Below, piece after piece: positions 14,566 through 30,161 of a stretch of 64,000 nucleotides of DNA. The position numbers were made by a program, and so were the translations under genes. The notes under the pieces were generated by a model. That model saw only the letters and a program-made list of their open reading frames with translations. It was not told the origin of the DNA and did no database searches. The stretch's first letter is position 1. Every line of letters begins with the position of its first letter. The DNA is from the human T2T-CHM13v2.0 reference genome, Homo sapiens. Where the stretch lies: NCBI RefSeq assembly GCF_009914755.1, contig NC_060939.1; one strand, written 5' to 3'.

Positions 14566-16522
14566 TGAAATGATGATGGGGTGGGGTTAAAATCTAAAGG
14601 GAAAAACTTGAAACTACCTATTTTCATTGGTTATTCAGCAGTGCCTAAAATGAGCTTTTGAAGTAATGTAAATGCACTTTCAATTCATGTGTATAGTGCC
14701 ATCTGATATCTTGGGTAAGTCTTGCTTTTTCTTTTCTTTTTCCTCTCCCCTGCCCCCTTAATTAAATGGCACGGAAATGTTTCTTAATATGCACGTGAGT
14801 CTCCAGAGTACAGGAAATGTGCTTTCCTCTAAATGGTCAATGTAAAGAATCTTAAGGATATTTCTTGTGTTGAAATTTACATTCGATTTTGTGATTACAC
14901 TTGGAAATATGTGTTAAATTGGGTTTTTAATTGTAGCCCAAAGGTGCATTAAGCAAGTGTAACATTTTTTCCACATAAAACTTAGAAAACTTTAGTTACC
15001 TGAAAAGCAAGGATTCTTTACTAATTATTATGCTCATTCTTGATTTGACTTCCATGTTCACACTTCAAAGTGTAAGAGGAAGCACTAGAAACTGGCATTA
15101 TTGTTGCACTAAAAAAGTCTATAAATCATAATAGCACCATGAGGTGTTTTGCAATGAGACAAACATGAAGAATGAATTTCTTTAAGAGAGAAACACAACC
15201 GGAGGTGATTTATATAAACCAAAAGAAAAAAAAAGGCTTTAAGGTATTAGGTACTGTTTGCCTAGCAGCCAGGTGGTTATAAAAGATTCATATGCTTTGG
15301 TACACTGATAAATGTTAGCCATTATTCCTGAAAGCTTCTTAAATTGCATCAGTTGTTTTGAAATTTTTTCAAGAATAAACTAGTTGAAAAGTCTTTGTAT
15401 TAAAAATACACATAGATTTTTGTGAACATTTCCAGTGTGTAGTGTCGTTTGCTTTCTATTTCTGACCTCAAAAGTGCCTCACTTGTATATTATTTCCATT
15501 AAAAGCTTGACTGCATTCTTTCTAATGAACAATGAAAAACTGTTTAACTCATGTCATAATGTGTCTCCTCAGATATAGTTAACTAGCTTGATAGTTTTGA
15601 GTATATAATGTAAATAATACATAATAAGTTTGTAACCATTTCTGTTACTTCATACCCGTGTAATTGGACATAGCAGATGATTATCATAAGAATTTGTTTT
15701 AATGGTTTTTTTCCCTCCTGGAATTACCTGATTAAACCTGTCATGAATTATAAAAGGACTTTTTCTTATTCTCCTAGAGCTTATCAAATTATCACATAAG
15801 AGATAATTACTGGAGGAGAAAGTAAAAATGGAAGCTTTTGATAATTAGCTCTGTTCTTTAAAAGTATACTTTTAAACTGAAAGTTCACATATAGTTCATC
15901 TTAATAACATATTTATTCATCCTTAATTGTATTCAGATTTTTTTTTAAGTCTCTAAGCTAATAATGTTATATTTATTGGTTTGGTAACATGTTGCAGCTA
16001 AGCTAATGACCTTAAGTGGCAATTGTTTAACCCAGGACTACTGATTTTTTTATATTCAAGTCAGTTTCATTGTTTTACTTAACTCGCCATATAACCAAAA
16101 ATAACGAATAATCTAAAGGAAAGGTTATTAGGACAGTAATAAAAAATTATAGTGTATCTCAACACTAGAATAAGTTGGATTACTATATTATAGTTTATTT
16201 GAAAAATCAAGGAGTAACTGTATCTTTACCATTAATTATGAAATGTAGTCTCATGTGCTTATTTACAGGTTTTTCAGAATTTGCTTTACATTCTTCACAT
16301 CAAGTTAATACCCACAAGTAAGTAGAATAGCTTTTATAACAAGGAAATTGAAACTAGGGTTCTAGCTTGGCTATCAATATAAGTGTCATGCACATAGTGC
16401 TCCTTAAAGAAAAAGACATCGACATCAATGGTATGAAAGCTGTAGTCACTCTTTAAATTGAACTGCTCTAAGATTTGCAGTTTTAGTGAGATCTGAAATG
16501 ATGGTTCAAAAAATACATTCAT

Positions 16523-16585
16523 AATAAAAGTCTTAACAAAATCACAGTTGAAATAGTGTTTCTTTTGTCTTTATTTTTGTTACAT
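16523..16585 (+). terminator. Distal polyadenylation signal of SPRED1
   Basis: AATAAA at 16523-16528, CA dinucleotides at 16543-16546, then GU/U-rich gtgtttcttttgtctttatttttgtt. Confidence 0.85.
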
Positions 16586-17187
16586 AATGTATTTTATACA
16601 TGATTACTTTTAATCCTCAAGTAACCTTGTAAGTATTATCTTCCTTATTTTTCTAAGGAAGAGATTTGGGCATCAAAAGGTCAAAATACCAGATAACACA
16701 GAGGCACCAGGTCTGAAACAAATTGACTCCAAAGCATAGGCTTTTCTTCCTCATGCAGTTTCAGCTTTCTGTTACAGGAGTCACAGATACACTTCATAAA
16801 ATAATCATTCTGTTAAAATGAAATTCTATTTATTATTTTAAGCTGGAGTAATTTTGTTTTATAAAGGAATAATTTCTTAATTTCTACTCTCCCTTGTCCA
16901 TTTCTGGGCCCCCTATCTCACTAAGTTGTGGTACGTGATCCACAGTATGGCATGGGAATTTTTTAAATTGGAGGATAATTGTGATAATGCTTCAAGATAT
17001 GCCAGTTGTGAGTTGATCCAATGGGAAGCACTAAAAACATACATAGTTCAGTTTGTGGAATTGTTCATTTTGCTCAATTGGTGGTATTTTATTGGAGGGA
17101 TTCATTTTCACCAAAGCAGCAATACTTCTCCTTGAGGCAGTAGGAAACAATGCTCTAAAATGAGCCGTGTATACAGTACTCTTCCGA

Positions 17188-17221
17188 CCTCCCGCTCCCC
17201 CCGCCCCCCCCCCCCCCCGCC
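17188..17221. repeat. C-rich/poly(C) tract (G-quadruplex-forming on the - strand)
   Basis: cctcccgctccccccgcccccccccccccccgcc. Confidence 0.85.
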
Positions 17222-17301
17222 AAATGATGAGCGATTCATCTGTCAGTTATTCCACAGAGCCTCTTTTGGGAACCAAAGTTGCATTTATTGTCAGGACTAC
17301 T

Positions 17302-17594
17302 TTTTTTTTTTTTTTTTCTGGAGACACAGTCTCGCTCTGTGCCCAGGCTGGAGTGCAGTGAGCAATCACATTACACTGCAAACTTGACCTCCCAGGCTCA
17401 AACAACCTTTCCACCTCAGCCTCCCAAGTAGCTGGGACCACAACAATTGCCACCATACCCAGCTAATTTTTTTCTTTTTTTGTAGAGACAAGGTGATGCT
17501 GTGTTACCCAAGCTAGTTTCGAACTCCTGGGCTCAAGCAATCCTTCGACCTCCCCAAAGTGCTGAGATGACTGGCATGAGCCACCGCACCCGGC
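17302..17594 (-). mobile_element. AluJ
   Basis: Full dimer; TSD caggactact at 17292-17301 / 17595-17604. Confidence 0.93.
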
Positions 17595-18637
17595 CAGGAC
17601 TACTACTGAAACATGTTTCCCACAATGAGATTAGTATTCTCTCAAAATTACTGGTTCTGTTAACCTGGAAATAATTTATAATAACCAAGATGCTATGTGC
17701 AATTAGGAAGAAAGGAGGACAAAGAATTCCAGAATATTCAGTATTGAAATGTCAAGACTATTAACAATAAAATTTAAATTAAAATTTAACTTAAACCTGT
17801 CTTTCATTTCTATCACTTAGTTTCGTATTGCCAGTTGCAAGGCACCAATTTAAGTGCTGGTTTTTTTCCTTTTAAAATGTATTGTGATACATCTCCTTGT
17901 AGATTATTTTTCTTGCCAAACAAACCCCATTTTTTTGTGCTCCACGTTTTCCTCTCCCCTTTTTTTCTATTAATTAATGTTTCTCCAACTTCTCCAAATC
18001 TATGAGAGGAAGAATTCATGGAGAAGAAATTTTCATGAGTATATTTTACATTTTCTTTAAAAATTCTTGTATTCATCCAAAGAAAGTCCAGCAAGCTTGA
18101 ATATATGTCTTCCGTTGGTAGGGGAAGCAAATGATTCGCAATCCCTTAAAATTTAAGAGAAAACAAAGTTGTATGAATTCACAAGCTTCTAACTGGTTAA
18201 TAGTTTTTGTTTAAAACTGCTGAACTAAAGTGCTAACAATAACATGATTCTCTAGAGTCTAAGAAGAAAATGGGGATCCAAACCAAATTATTTAAATAAT
18301 AAAATGATAAAGTTGAATTCACTGAAGTTTTAGGGCTGAAAGGCACCTTAAAGATCAGTACGACACCCTCATTTTATAAATGTAGTAATGGATCCAAGAA
18401 GGTTTAGATACTACTGCAAGGTTGTCATTCACTTAACATACACAGTAACACAATCTGTACTAAACTCTATATCCAACTGCCTAAAATACATTTCTTGCAA
18501 GTACCTTAAATTCAATATGCCCAAAACTGACATATTTCCCCCATTCTTCAAACCTTTTTTCTCTCTGCCTTGAGGTGACACCACTGCCTATCCAGTGGGC
18601 TAAGCCAGAAACCAGGTCATTAGAGAAAAAAAAAAAA

Positions 18638-18765
18638 TTATTTTTAGTAGAAACAGAGTCTTGCTATGTTGCCCAAGCTGGTCTCAAACTCCTGAGCTCA
18701 AGTGATCCACCCTCCTCGGCCTCCCAAAGTGCTGGGATTACAGGCATGAGCCACTGCACCTGGCC
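18638..18765 (-). mobile_element. Alu left monomer (FLAM-like)
   Basis: Single arm ending cactgcacctggcc. Confidence 0.85.
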
Positions 18766-19366
18766 TTCATCTTTATTTTCTCATTTCCCCTTACTTTTCA
18801 CTATTGGTTCTCAATTTCCTACAGTTCTGTTTCTTAAGTATCCCTCAAGTCTGTCCATGTTCTTCTATCCCCACTGTAACTATCTTAGTAGAAGTCTTCT
18901 CACTATTGACATTAGAAGGTAGGCATTGAATGAATCACTTGGATGCCATTATTTTTAATAAGAGATAGTCTGTATTTTAAATGTGATTAAGAAGGTGAAA
19001 ATACTTCATACTGTAACTAAAAAGTGATCTTCAGATTGAGATATTCCCAGATCTAGACAAAATCTAAAAATGGTTTACAGTGGGATTGCAGAATCAGATG
19101 ATGGTGACTTGAAAGAACACTGCAGGACCTAGGACCAACTAGAAAATTAAGACTAAGTTGAACTATGGAGTACAAACTTATAGAAATGGTAAACTTTAAA
19201 CTTCATTTTCACTTTTCCTCAAACCCATTATTTTTTCTAAGTAATTTTAAACGTATTATCTTATTTGTTGTCGTGGGTTTTTGTCTTAGAGCGTAGGTGA
19301 ATGAAGAGTCCCTTACTGGAAACCATTGGAATCTTGTCGCTGGTAGCATTTTAAGTAAGTCAGTAG

Positions 19367-19837
<471 letters not shown>

Positions 19838-19976
19838 TAAGTGGGGAAGGAACCACGCAGGTTAGAGGAGAATGAATGCAAAGGCTCTTAATAGAAGGGA
19901 ACTTGGCTTCTTAATGAAGAGCAAGAAGCTAGTAGGGCTGGAAGGGCTGGGTGAGGCTGCTCTTGGATGGAGGTAA

Positions 19977-20416
<440 letters not shown>

Positions 20417-20469
20417 CTGGTTTCAGATCTTGTTGGGGTGGTATTGTATTACCTGAGGCTTTGTCCTAA

Positions 20470-21060
20470 GCATTCTGCTGAAATGCTCTCTACAGGGCCC
20501 CTGACTGCCTCCACATGTCTAAATGTGATGGATGTTTTTTAGACCTCACCTCACTGAGCAACTTTTGGCACATTCTTCCTTGATGCTACACTATCCTTGT
20601 TTCCTCAAATTTCACTTGTCACTTCTCTAAGCACTACAAGCTGGAATTCTTCAGGGTGCAGCAATAAACTCTCTCTAGCAATACTCCCTGCTTAGAGAGT
20701 TAAATGCCCTATTTCTGTTTGTGGTATCCACATTTAGATCTTCTACTTGACATACCTACTGGGGGTCTCACTGGCATTTCAGTTTTAATGAGGCCAAAAC
20801 AGAACTGATTTTCCCCTCCAAACCTGCTCCACCTCCAGGATGCTTTATTTTAAGAAATGATCATAATTCACCCAGTTGTTCAGAGATTTCATCTTTTTGC
20901 TTCATGCTTTAAATACAGACCAACGAGAGATTCAACTTAAAAATAAATTTCAATCCTGAATAGTCCTCACCATGGGCACCACTGCCATCTCAGTCCAAGG
21001 TTCAATGATCTCTTGCCTATACTTCTATAACAGCTTTCCTACTTCTACTCACTCACCTCA
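20470..21060 (+). mobile_element. L2 fragment
   Basis: ccaaaacagaactgattttcccctccaaacctgctcc...cacccagttgttcag motifs. Confidence 0.6.
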
Positions 21061-21229
21061 GGGTCTTTTATTTTTAGAAAGATTCATTACTTTATGTTCA
21101 CTGAATATTCATCTTTTCCATTATCATAGTTTTAGGATTAATTGTTGTTTTTTCTTAATTGGACAATTATTTTCCTTATTCTCCTCCTTTCCTTCCTACT
21201 TGTATTTTGTGTACAAGTAATGAGGAAAG

Positions 21230-21430
21230 AGAATTTAACATTTATTGTATGCCTGTTAGGTACCAGACAATGTGTTGAACACATTCACATATATTACTTA
21301 ATTACTCAATACTTTTGTAATGTAGGCATGGTTACTTCCATTTCACACATGAAACAAGGCATATAAAAATTGAGAAACTTAGCTATGTTCTTAAGTGTGA
21401 GAGCTAAAATTCAAACCCTGGTCTATCTGC
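21230..21430 (-). mobile_element. MIR
   Basis: aacatttattgtatgcctg...ccatttcacacatgaaa. Confidence 0.55.
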
Positions 21431-22101
21431 TTCCCATTCTTTCCTGGCTTCCATTCTACTCCTGTGGGGTTCATCTCCATTGTCCCCTTCTTAAATCCCT
21501 GGTCTGTCTTCTTTTATTTCTATTTATTATTTTTGCTCAACCTGCATTGTCTCTTTTTTCCCTTCAAATTTCTGTCTTTGTATTTTCTCTTATTCTGCAT
21601 TTTCTGGTATACTCACTGACCTATCTTACCCATAAATAACACTCAAGTATACTAAATCTTTGAAGGACTGACTGTGTGGTTACTTTCATGACGCCCATCA
21701 ATATCAAAGCCACTTAAAAATGTTAAGTCTATGCTTAGAAATTTTTAGAAAGAAAATGACTAACTAGAAGGTCAGTGTGAGCCTCTGTAGCCTGTTTCTG
21801 CAATGCCTTATATTCTAACAAAGAGGCCTTTATTTGCTTCCTTGTAATGGGGCAGCATTAAGTCCATTGTGCTTAGCAAATGCTGGCACTTACCCATTAC
21901 TCCCTGTAGTTTGATCGGCAGTTGATTAAAGTCATCTCCACTTCTGACGACATAGGTTTAACCTGTGTGCATCTTATTAGAAACTATTTCCTCTTAAGTA
22001 TTTAAAACCCATTATTTTCAATATGAATACTTTTCTTAGTCTTTTAATTTTCTCCACTTAATTTTTAGTAAAAGCAAACTTAATAATGCGTGATGTTTTA
22101 A

Positions 22102-22444
<343 letters not shown>

Positions 22445-22461
22445 CTATCTATTTTATTTCT

Positions 22462-23952
22462 ATTTTTTAATTTAACTTTTAAGTTCAGGGGAACATGTGC
22501 AGGTTTGTTATGTAGGTAAATTTGTGTCATGGGGTTTTGTTGTACAGATTATTTTGTCACCCAGGTGTTAAGCTTAGTATCCATTAATTATTTTTCCTGA
22601 TTCTCTTTCTCCTCCCACCCTCCACACTCTGATAGGCCCCAGTCTCTGTTGTTCACCTCTTCTTATCCCTGTGTTCTGATCATTTAGCTCCCACTTGTAA
22701 GTGAGACATGCAGCATTTGGTTTTCTGTTTCTGTGTTAGTTTGCTAAGGATAATGGCCTCCAGCTCCATTTATGTTCCTGCAAAGGAGGTGATCTCATTC
22801 TTTTTAATGGCTGTGTAGTATTCCATGGTGTATATGTACCACATTTCCTTGATCCAGTCTACCACTAGTGAGCATTTAGATTAATTCCATGTCTTTGCTG
22901 TTGTGAATAGTGCTGCAGTGTACATATGCGTGCACCTGTCTTTATAATAGAACAATTTATATTCCTTTGGGTATATATCCAGTAACAAGATTGCTGGGTT
23001 GAATGGTATTTCTGTTTTTAGGTTTTTGAGGAATCACCACACTGTTTTCCAAAATAGTTTAACTGATTTACATTCCCACTAACAGTATATGAGTATTCCT
23101 TTTTCTCTGCAACCTCACCAGCATCTGTTAGTTTTTGACTTTTTAAGAATAACTATCCTGACTGAGGTGAAATGGTATCTTGTTGTGGTTTTGATTTGCA
23201 TTTCTCTAACGATAAGTGATGTAGAACTTTCTTCATATGCTTTTTGGCTGCATGTTTGTCTTCTTTTGAAAAATGTCTGTTCTCATCCTTTGCCCACTTT
23301 TAATCGGGTTGTTTTTTCTTGTAAATGTATTTAAGTTCTTTACAGATGCTGGAGATTAGACCTTTGTTAGATGCATAGTTTGCAAAATTTTCTCCCATTC
23401 TGTAAGCTATTTACTCTGTTGATAGTCTCTTTTGCTGTGCAGCTCTTTAGTTTAATTAGATCCCATTTGTCAATTTTTGCTTTTGTCGCAATTGCTTTTG
23501 GTGTCTTCATCATGAAATCCTTTGCCCAATGGACAAAGAATGGTATTGCCTAGGTTGTCTACTGTTTCTACGTCCAGCATGGTATTGCCTAGGCTGTCTT
23601 CCAAGGTTTTATAGTTTTGGGTTTTACATTTAAGTCTTTAATCCATCTTGAGTTAATTTTTGTGTATGGTGCAAAGAAGGGGTCCAGTTTCAATCTTCTG
23701 CATATGGTTAGCCAGTTATCTCAGCACCGTTTATTGAATGGAGAGTCCTTTCCCATTGCTTGTTTTTGTCAGCTTTGTCGAAGATCAGATGGTCATAGGT
23801 GTGCAGCCTTATGTCTGGGCTGTCTATTCTGTTCCATTGGTCTATGTGTTTATTTTTTTACCAGTACCATGCTGTTTTGATTACTGAAACCCTGTAGTAT
23901 AAAGTCAGGCAGCATGTTATCTCCAGCTTTGTTCTTTTTCCTTGGCTATTTG
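22462..23952 (-). mobile_element. L1PA (older primate subfamily) 3' end, ~1.5 kb, 5'-truncated
   Basis: ttttaagttcaggggaacatgtgcaggtttgtta 3' terminus; antisense ORF2 C-terminal sequence. Confidence 0.92.
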
Positions 23953-24206
23953 AAATCATTATTTATTAACAGTAGTTTTATCTAATTTTCAAAGTTACCT
24001 TTGTCTCCCAAGAAATTGTCTGATTTAGAAGATTATAAAAGAAAGTGGAATCAAGAACAAGAACTCTGGAAAAGTGATGTTCAAGGCATAAGACCCACCC
24101 TGGACCACTAAATTTCCTCCAGTAAGAAGCAGGCTGAGAAAGCTGTACACTCTCCAAAGGCCCAGTTCAGATAGTTACTGAGGATAAGAAAAATGGAATA
24201 AGCTCC

Positions 24207-24696
24207 TGTAGTAGGCTGAATAATGGCCACTAAAGATAACAAGTCCTGATCTCTGGAACCGGTAAATGTTACCTTATATCAGAAAGTAGCTTTTGCAGGT
24301 GTGACCGAGGATCTTGAGTTGGAGAGATTTTCCTGGAGTATTCAGGTGGACCCTAAATATAATAATTTCATATGTTCTTATAAGGAAGAGCAGACAAACC
24401 TTACAAGCATGAGGTGACACACACAAAAAGCAATGTAAAGACAGAACAGGGAGATTTGAAGATGCTGGCCTTGAAGACAAGGGTTGTAGTCACAAACCAA
24501 GGAATGCTGGCCGCCACCAGAATGTGGAAAAGGAAAGAACAGATTCTTCCCTACCTAGAGTTTCCAGAAGGAGCACAGCCTTGCTGATACCTTAATTTCA
24601 GCCCAAGGTATTCAAGTTTCAAACTTTAAACCTCTAGAAGTGTTGTAAGTTAAAATTTTGGTAATTTGTTCCAACAGCTCCAAAAAAACTAATACA
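24207..24696 (+). mobile_element. MLT1C/D-type MaLR solo LTR
   Basis: tgtagtaggctgaataatggcc...ccaaggaatgc...ggtaatttgtt...aactaataca. Confidence 0.8.
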
Positions 24697-25109
24697 TCCC
24701 TCAGAAGCCAAAGCAGTGGGCCACAGCAATGGATAAAGGAGTTTTTCGGAGCAGAATTAGGGACTAATCAAGGATTCTTTCTCATTTTCAGGGTAAGAGA
24801 CCTTCCTGTTGTCTCCTGAGTGGAATTTTAGAATTGCTATGGACGATTAATTGCTTTATGTCCACCATTCTTCCTTTTTCTGAATGAGAATTTTCTATTG
24901 CAGTTATCCTGTTCTTGATTTAGCAGTGCATATGGGATATGTTGGAGAAGTGGACCAGTAAGTTGACTCTTGGCTCATAAATCTATGGAGAAGAACCATG
25001 TCTCAAAGACGACAAATACACAGGTCCAGACTGTTAAGCTGGCTGCAACAATAGGATGGTACTTTAGGTTGTCTCCCTTGGGAATCGATCAAATATGTTC
25101 TTTGTGTGG

Positions 25110-25554
25110 TGTTAAAGAAAATTTCAGATGCTTGTTAAAATGATAAAGCAGACTTCATTCAGAACTATTGTGATAGAGGTAGGAACTATAGCAATGGGGA
25201 TTTTGCAGTAGGGAAGAGAAATTGGACTCAAATCTGAATACATCCAGGACAAGTAGGGATTTATAGCTAAGGAGTAGCATGGGAGCCAGCGGACAGAAAA
25301 GTTCTACAAAGAAACATCAGGTGTAAGGGAGATCATGGCTAAACCCACTTGACAAGATCCTTGCTGAAGGCAGACCAGAGAGATAAGATATCAAGGGGGG
25401 TGGTATGAGAAAATTGATCGTGTATCAGAAGGGGGAATTTCATTAAACTGTTCCAGCAGGATTCTTGCCAAAACTGAACTAAGTTGGCTAAGGACAGAGC
25501 CCAAGGTTAGGGTCTAGTCCAAGGAGACTGACTCAAGTCAAGAAGTCTTTGTTA
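25110..25554 (-). mobile_element. ERV1-class solo LTR (MER31-like)
   Basis: tgttaaagaaaa...cttgttaaa...agacttcattcag...ttgcagtagggaagagaaattggactcaa; flanks gtgg / gtag. Confidence 0.55.
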
Positions 25555-26320
25555 GTAGATGGAAAGAATCAAAGGAATAGTTGATGGCCTGATTAAGGCA
25601 GAGATTGCTAGTGCTTTTCTAGTATTCATATGCTTCTCTACCTCTCCAAGCTTCCCCTAGAATATGTTGAGGCTGCATGACTACTTCTAGCCAACATAAT
25701 TTAAAGAGTTGTGAGGGGTCACATTTGAGGAAAGACAGTTAAGAACTAGTATGACTTTGTCTCTTTTGCCCTTTTGCAAAATCTTAGTGGTCATGAATAG
25801 CTGGTGCAGCTACAAGATAGAGGCGGACAATCTGAATTTCATTGGACTTTTCCTGAATAAGAAATATACCCCTGTTATGTTAAGCTCATGGTACTTTGGA
25901 GTTTTGTTGTTTTTGTTTCAGCAACTCAATCTAGCCTTATCCAAATTTAAGTGATAAGCACTTAACAGAATTATTTTAGAACATTGATTTGGCTTTAGCC
26001 ATGAAGGCAAATTAGAACGCGAATCTCTTTTTTTGTACATTTTGTATTAATCTGCCTCCATCCTCACTTAATAAATTCAAAAAGGATCTGTCTAAAGAAA
26101 ATGGAATTTGTTGGCTCCCTTAGGTTGTTTATATGACTTTAACCCTGAGTACTGGGAAGAGAAGGATAGGATATGAAGCTGGAGATTCTACACTACTGTA
26201 TCCCCAAACACCAGCCCCTGGGGATGAAATGAAAGGTAACCAGTTGTTACAAATGTGAAGATTTGTGTTTCAAGTCAGGAAGTTTAAACTTTATCCTGAA
26301 GATTATAAAAATTCATTAAG

Positions 26321-26392
26321 GAGAGGGACAGAGAGAGACAGAGGTAGAGAGAGAGAGAGAGAGAGTGCGAGAGAGGTGGGGGGAGAGAGAGA
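26321..26392. repeat. (GA)n-rich tract
   Basis: Direct observation. Confidence 0.85.
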
Positions 26393-26429
26393 AGATGATC
26401 ATATTTGCATTTCTGAGTAATTGTTTTAT

Positions 26430-27720
26430 TAAATTATTTAACAAATACTTATTGAGAGTCTGGGGACTTCAGAGTAAGCAAAGCAAATAAGTTATCTGCT
26501 TTCATGGGGCTTACATTCTAGATGAGGGAGAGGGTATTCAATAAACAAAAAAATAATAAAACCAAATCAGAATGTTGCAAGTTATATACAGAAAATTAAT
26601 ACTAATTTGAAACAAAGAACACCTGGGTGGCCAATGACAGCCTGAGAAGGTGACTTCTGAGATGAGACCTGCATGTCAATCGGGAGTCAGCCATGTGAAA
26701 ATTAGAGGGAAGTTCATTCCAGGAACAGGAAACCGGTCTGTGGTAGAGACTTGTACTCATATTGGACTCGGCTCTCCTTCTTGGCATACAGGAGGATTTT
26801 CCTACCTGTGGGGCTATAGGTAGTTACTTCTGGAAAATGGGTTCTGGAGAATAGGTTATGAGACAAAGTGATACAAAAATTTGCAGGCTGATGTAAGACC
26901 TGCTAGTACTTTCTTCTTCTACCACAACAATCACATACTGAGATGGTGAAATCACAAGGCTGAGGCAGCCTGAATTACCGGGTCCCCTTATGGACAGCAG
27001 TTGAGCTGGAGAGCTGCCTGGTCCCACTGGATACTTTGTGGGATTTGAGGATTGTGTATTAAAGTAGCATAACATACCCTGTTTTGTCTAATGCAGGCCT
27101 CAGGTGGAAACAAGTTTTATGGGTTACAAGAAGAGATAGAAGACTAGGATAGGAGCAGAGTGAACACAGGAGAGATTGTCAGAAGCCAGATTATGTAGGC
27201 ATCGTACACCAAGGTAAGGAGTTTTTATTTTATTCTAGGTACAAGAGGAAATAATTGAAGGGTTTTAGCTAGGGGATGGCATTTATCATTTACAATTGTA
27301 AAAGATTAGTCTGGCAACTATATGGAGAATTCCTTGGGGAAGAGGGAGACAAAACAAAAAGCAGGAAGGCCAATGATGAGACTATTAAAGTAGTCTTAGG
27401 GTTTTTTGCTTTGGATCAGATGATGAAGAGAAAGGGACAGATTCTACGTATGTTTTGAAGGCCGCTTCAACAGGACTTCATAATGGAATAAATGGTGTAG
27501 GAGGTGGAAATCAGTGAAACAGTATAATCCTTGACCTTAAATCTGGAGAGATGTTGATGTAAGTGAGCCTGGGGAAGGACAAAGTCTTAGTGGGAATAGG
27601 AATGGTGAGGGCATAACACACCTGAGGGGACTATATTAGACACCCAAGTGGAGAAGCTGAATAGGAACTTCAATATGTAAACACAAAGTCTTGAGAAGCA
27701 ATCAAGTTTAGAGATGTAAA
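26430..27720 (-). mobile_element. L2 (3' end at the left), interrupted by an old MaLR LTR at ~26740-27070
   Basis: atttaacaaatacttattgag...cttacattctag; gccagattatgtagg...gtaaggagttt. Confidence 0.6.
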
Positions 27721-27779
27721 ATTAGTACATAAATGATTTTGCCTTCATCTTCAGTTTTCATTTTGTGGGTTCACAGGAT

Positions 27780-28890
27780 TATTACTTTTTTAATTAATAA
27801 GCTTGATCTAATGACCACATATTATATCCCCAAATTGCAGAATATATTTTTAAACACTCTTAGAAAATTTACAAAAATTGACTATATATTGGGACATAAA
27901 ACAAATTTCAATAAATTTAAAAAAATTGATTAGAGACACATCTCTGATCTGAATGATATTAGGGATCAAAAAGGGAATTTGAAAAAATATATAAGGAACA
28001 TTAGAAACACACTGCTAAATAACTTGTGGTTCACAGGTGAACTTATAATAAAAATTACAGATTATTTAGATGGGAACAATAATAAAAATCACAGATATAG
28101 AATATCAAAACATGTAAGAACAATCAAAACAGTACTTAGAGAAAAAATTGTAGCTTTAAATGTTAATATTAGAAAAGTATAATGTATTGAAATTGATGAG
28201 ACTCATCATGAGAAGTTAGAAAAAGAATAACATAATAAAGTCAAAGAAAATAAAGGAAGGAAATAAGATTGGAATTTAATAAACTAGAAAATAAACATAG
28301 AATGTAGAAAACCAACAGAATCAAACAGTGGTTTTGAAAAGACGAGTTAAAGTGATAAACCTCTGGCAAGACTGATTAAATAAACAAGGAAAAAATTAAC
28401 AAGATCAGTGTTCTGTATCCAGCCAAAATATATTTGGAAAGCAAAGATGAAATAACAACTTGTTCAGTTATACAAAAACTGAAAGAGTCATTACCATCAG
28501 ATCTTCACTGCAATAAATGTTAAAAAAAAAAAAAAAAAAAAGTCTTTTAGCCAGAATGAAATGACACCAGGTAGAAATCTGGATCTAAACAAAGGAATGA
28601 AGAGCTCTGGAGGTAGTAGCGATATGAGCAAATAAATACTTTACTCATATTTAATTCTTTTAAAAAGAATATGGACTGTTTAAAAATAAAAACAAAGTAG
28701 TATGTGCTTTATAACATATGTAGAAATAAAATTCATGAAAATAGTAGCCCAAAGACTGGGAGGGGAGATAGGGAATTATAAAGTTCTTAGGCTATATGTG
28801 AAATGTTATAATAGCACTTGAAGATGGACTGATAAATATTCATACTACAAACTCTAAAGTAACTACAAAAATAGCAAAACAGAATTAAGC
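27780..28890 (+). mobile_element. Old L1M: ORF2 endonuclease-region fragment followed by an ORF1/inter-ORF fragment
   Basis: Translates FTKIDYILGHKTNFNKFKKI (L1 EN motif), then tgtatccagccaaaata...aaaactgaaaga (ORF1 C-terminus). Confidence 0.75.
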
Positions 28891-29754
28891 AAAGTTTTTT
28901 TCTGTCCATAAAAGAGATAGCCTCTTACATTAGACTGGGAAACCGTTCTCCTCACTTGACTTCAGGACCTAACTTTGCATAACAACAACAAAAAACCCAT
29001 TAAGATGTTTTCTTAAACAAAGATGCCAACCTCTTGATCCTTGGCTATCATCACTACAAGCAAACCAGGTTTTGAAATGATGGCTTTCTTAGGCAGGGCT
29101 TCTATCCCAGCTAATCTCAGTAAAAAGAAAGAGGTCAACAGAAAATTTTGTATTCCCAATCCAGAGCAGCCTATTCATGTACATATTGAATCTTCCCTAA
29201 AAACTATAATTTTCCTTTGGGCAGGGACAGAATGTTATTTAAATATTGTTTATCTTTCAGTCCCACAGAGTACCCCTCATTTTGATTTGTATCTCTGCTC
29301 ACTAAATATTTGCGGAATAAATGAATGATTGGCTACATGTTATTTAAAGACATGTGGAAACCGTATAAATGAAACACAGAGATGGGAGGGGGCCCTATCC
29401 CTGCCACATTCCAAGGCAGTTAGACGTCCATCTTCTTAGAATGCCTCATGTGATTGGGCTGCTTTTGCCTTGCTTCTTTTGAGCTATGTCATGACACTCT
29501 GCTACTTTCATTTTTTTTTTTTTTGTCATTTTTATCCTGGGCTCAATGAACAAAATCATCTGTACTTCTAATTATCTTACTCATCAAATATTACTGCCTG
29601 TTCTGCACAGACCTATGTGTGAAGAGAACTATCGTTGCCTACCTTCAACACTGGATAAAAAGTGCATTACTGAAATTATTTACCTAGTGTCAAGGTCCCT
29701 ACTCTGAAGAAGTTCAGAACAGATTTTTAAGGGACTAAAAAAGTAGAGAAAATA

Positions 29755-30161
<407 letters not shown>

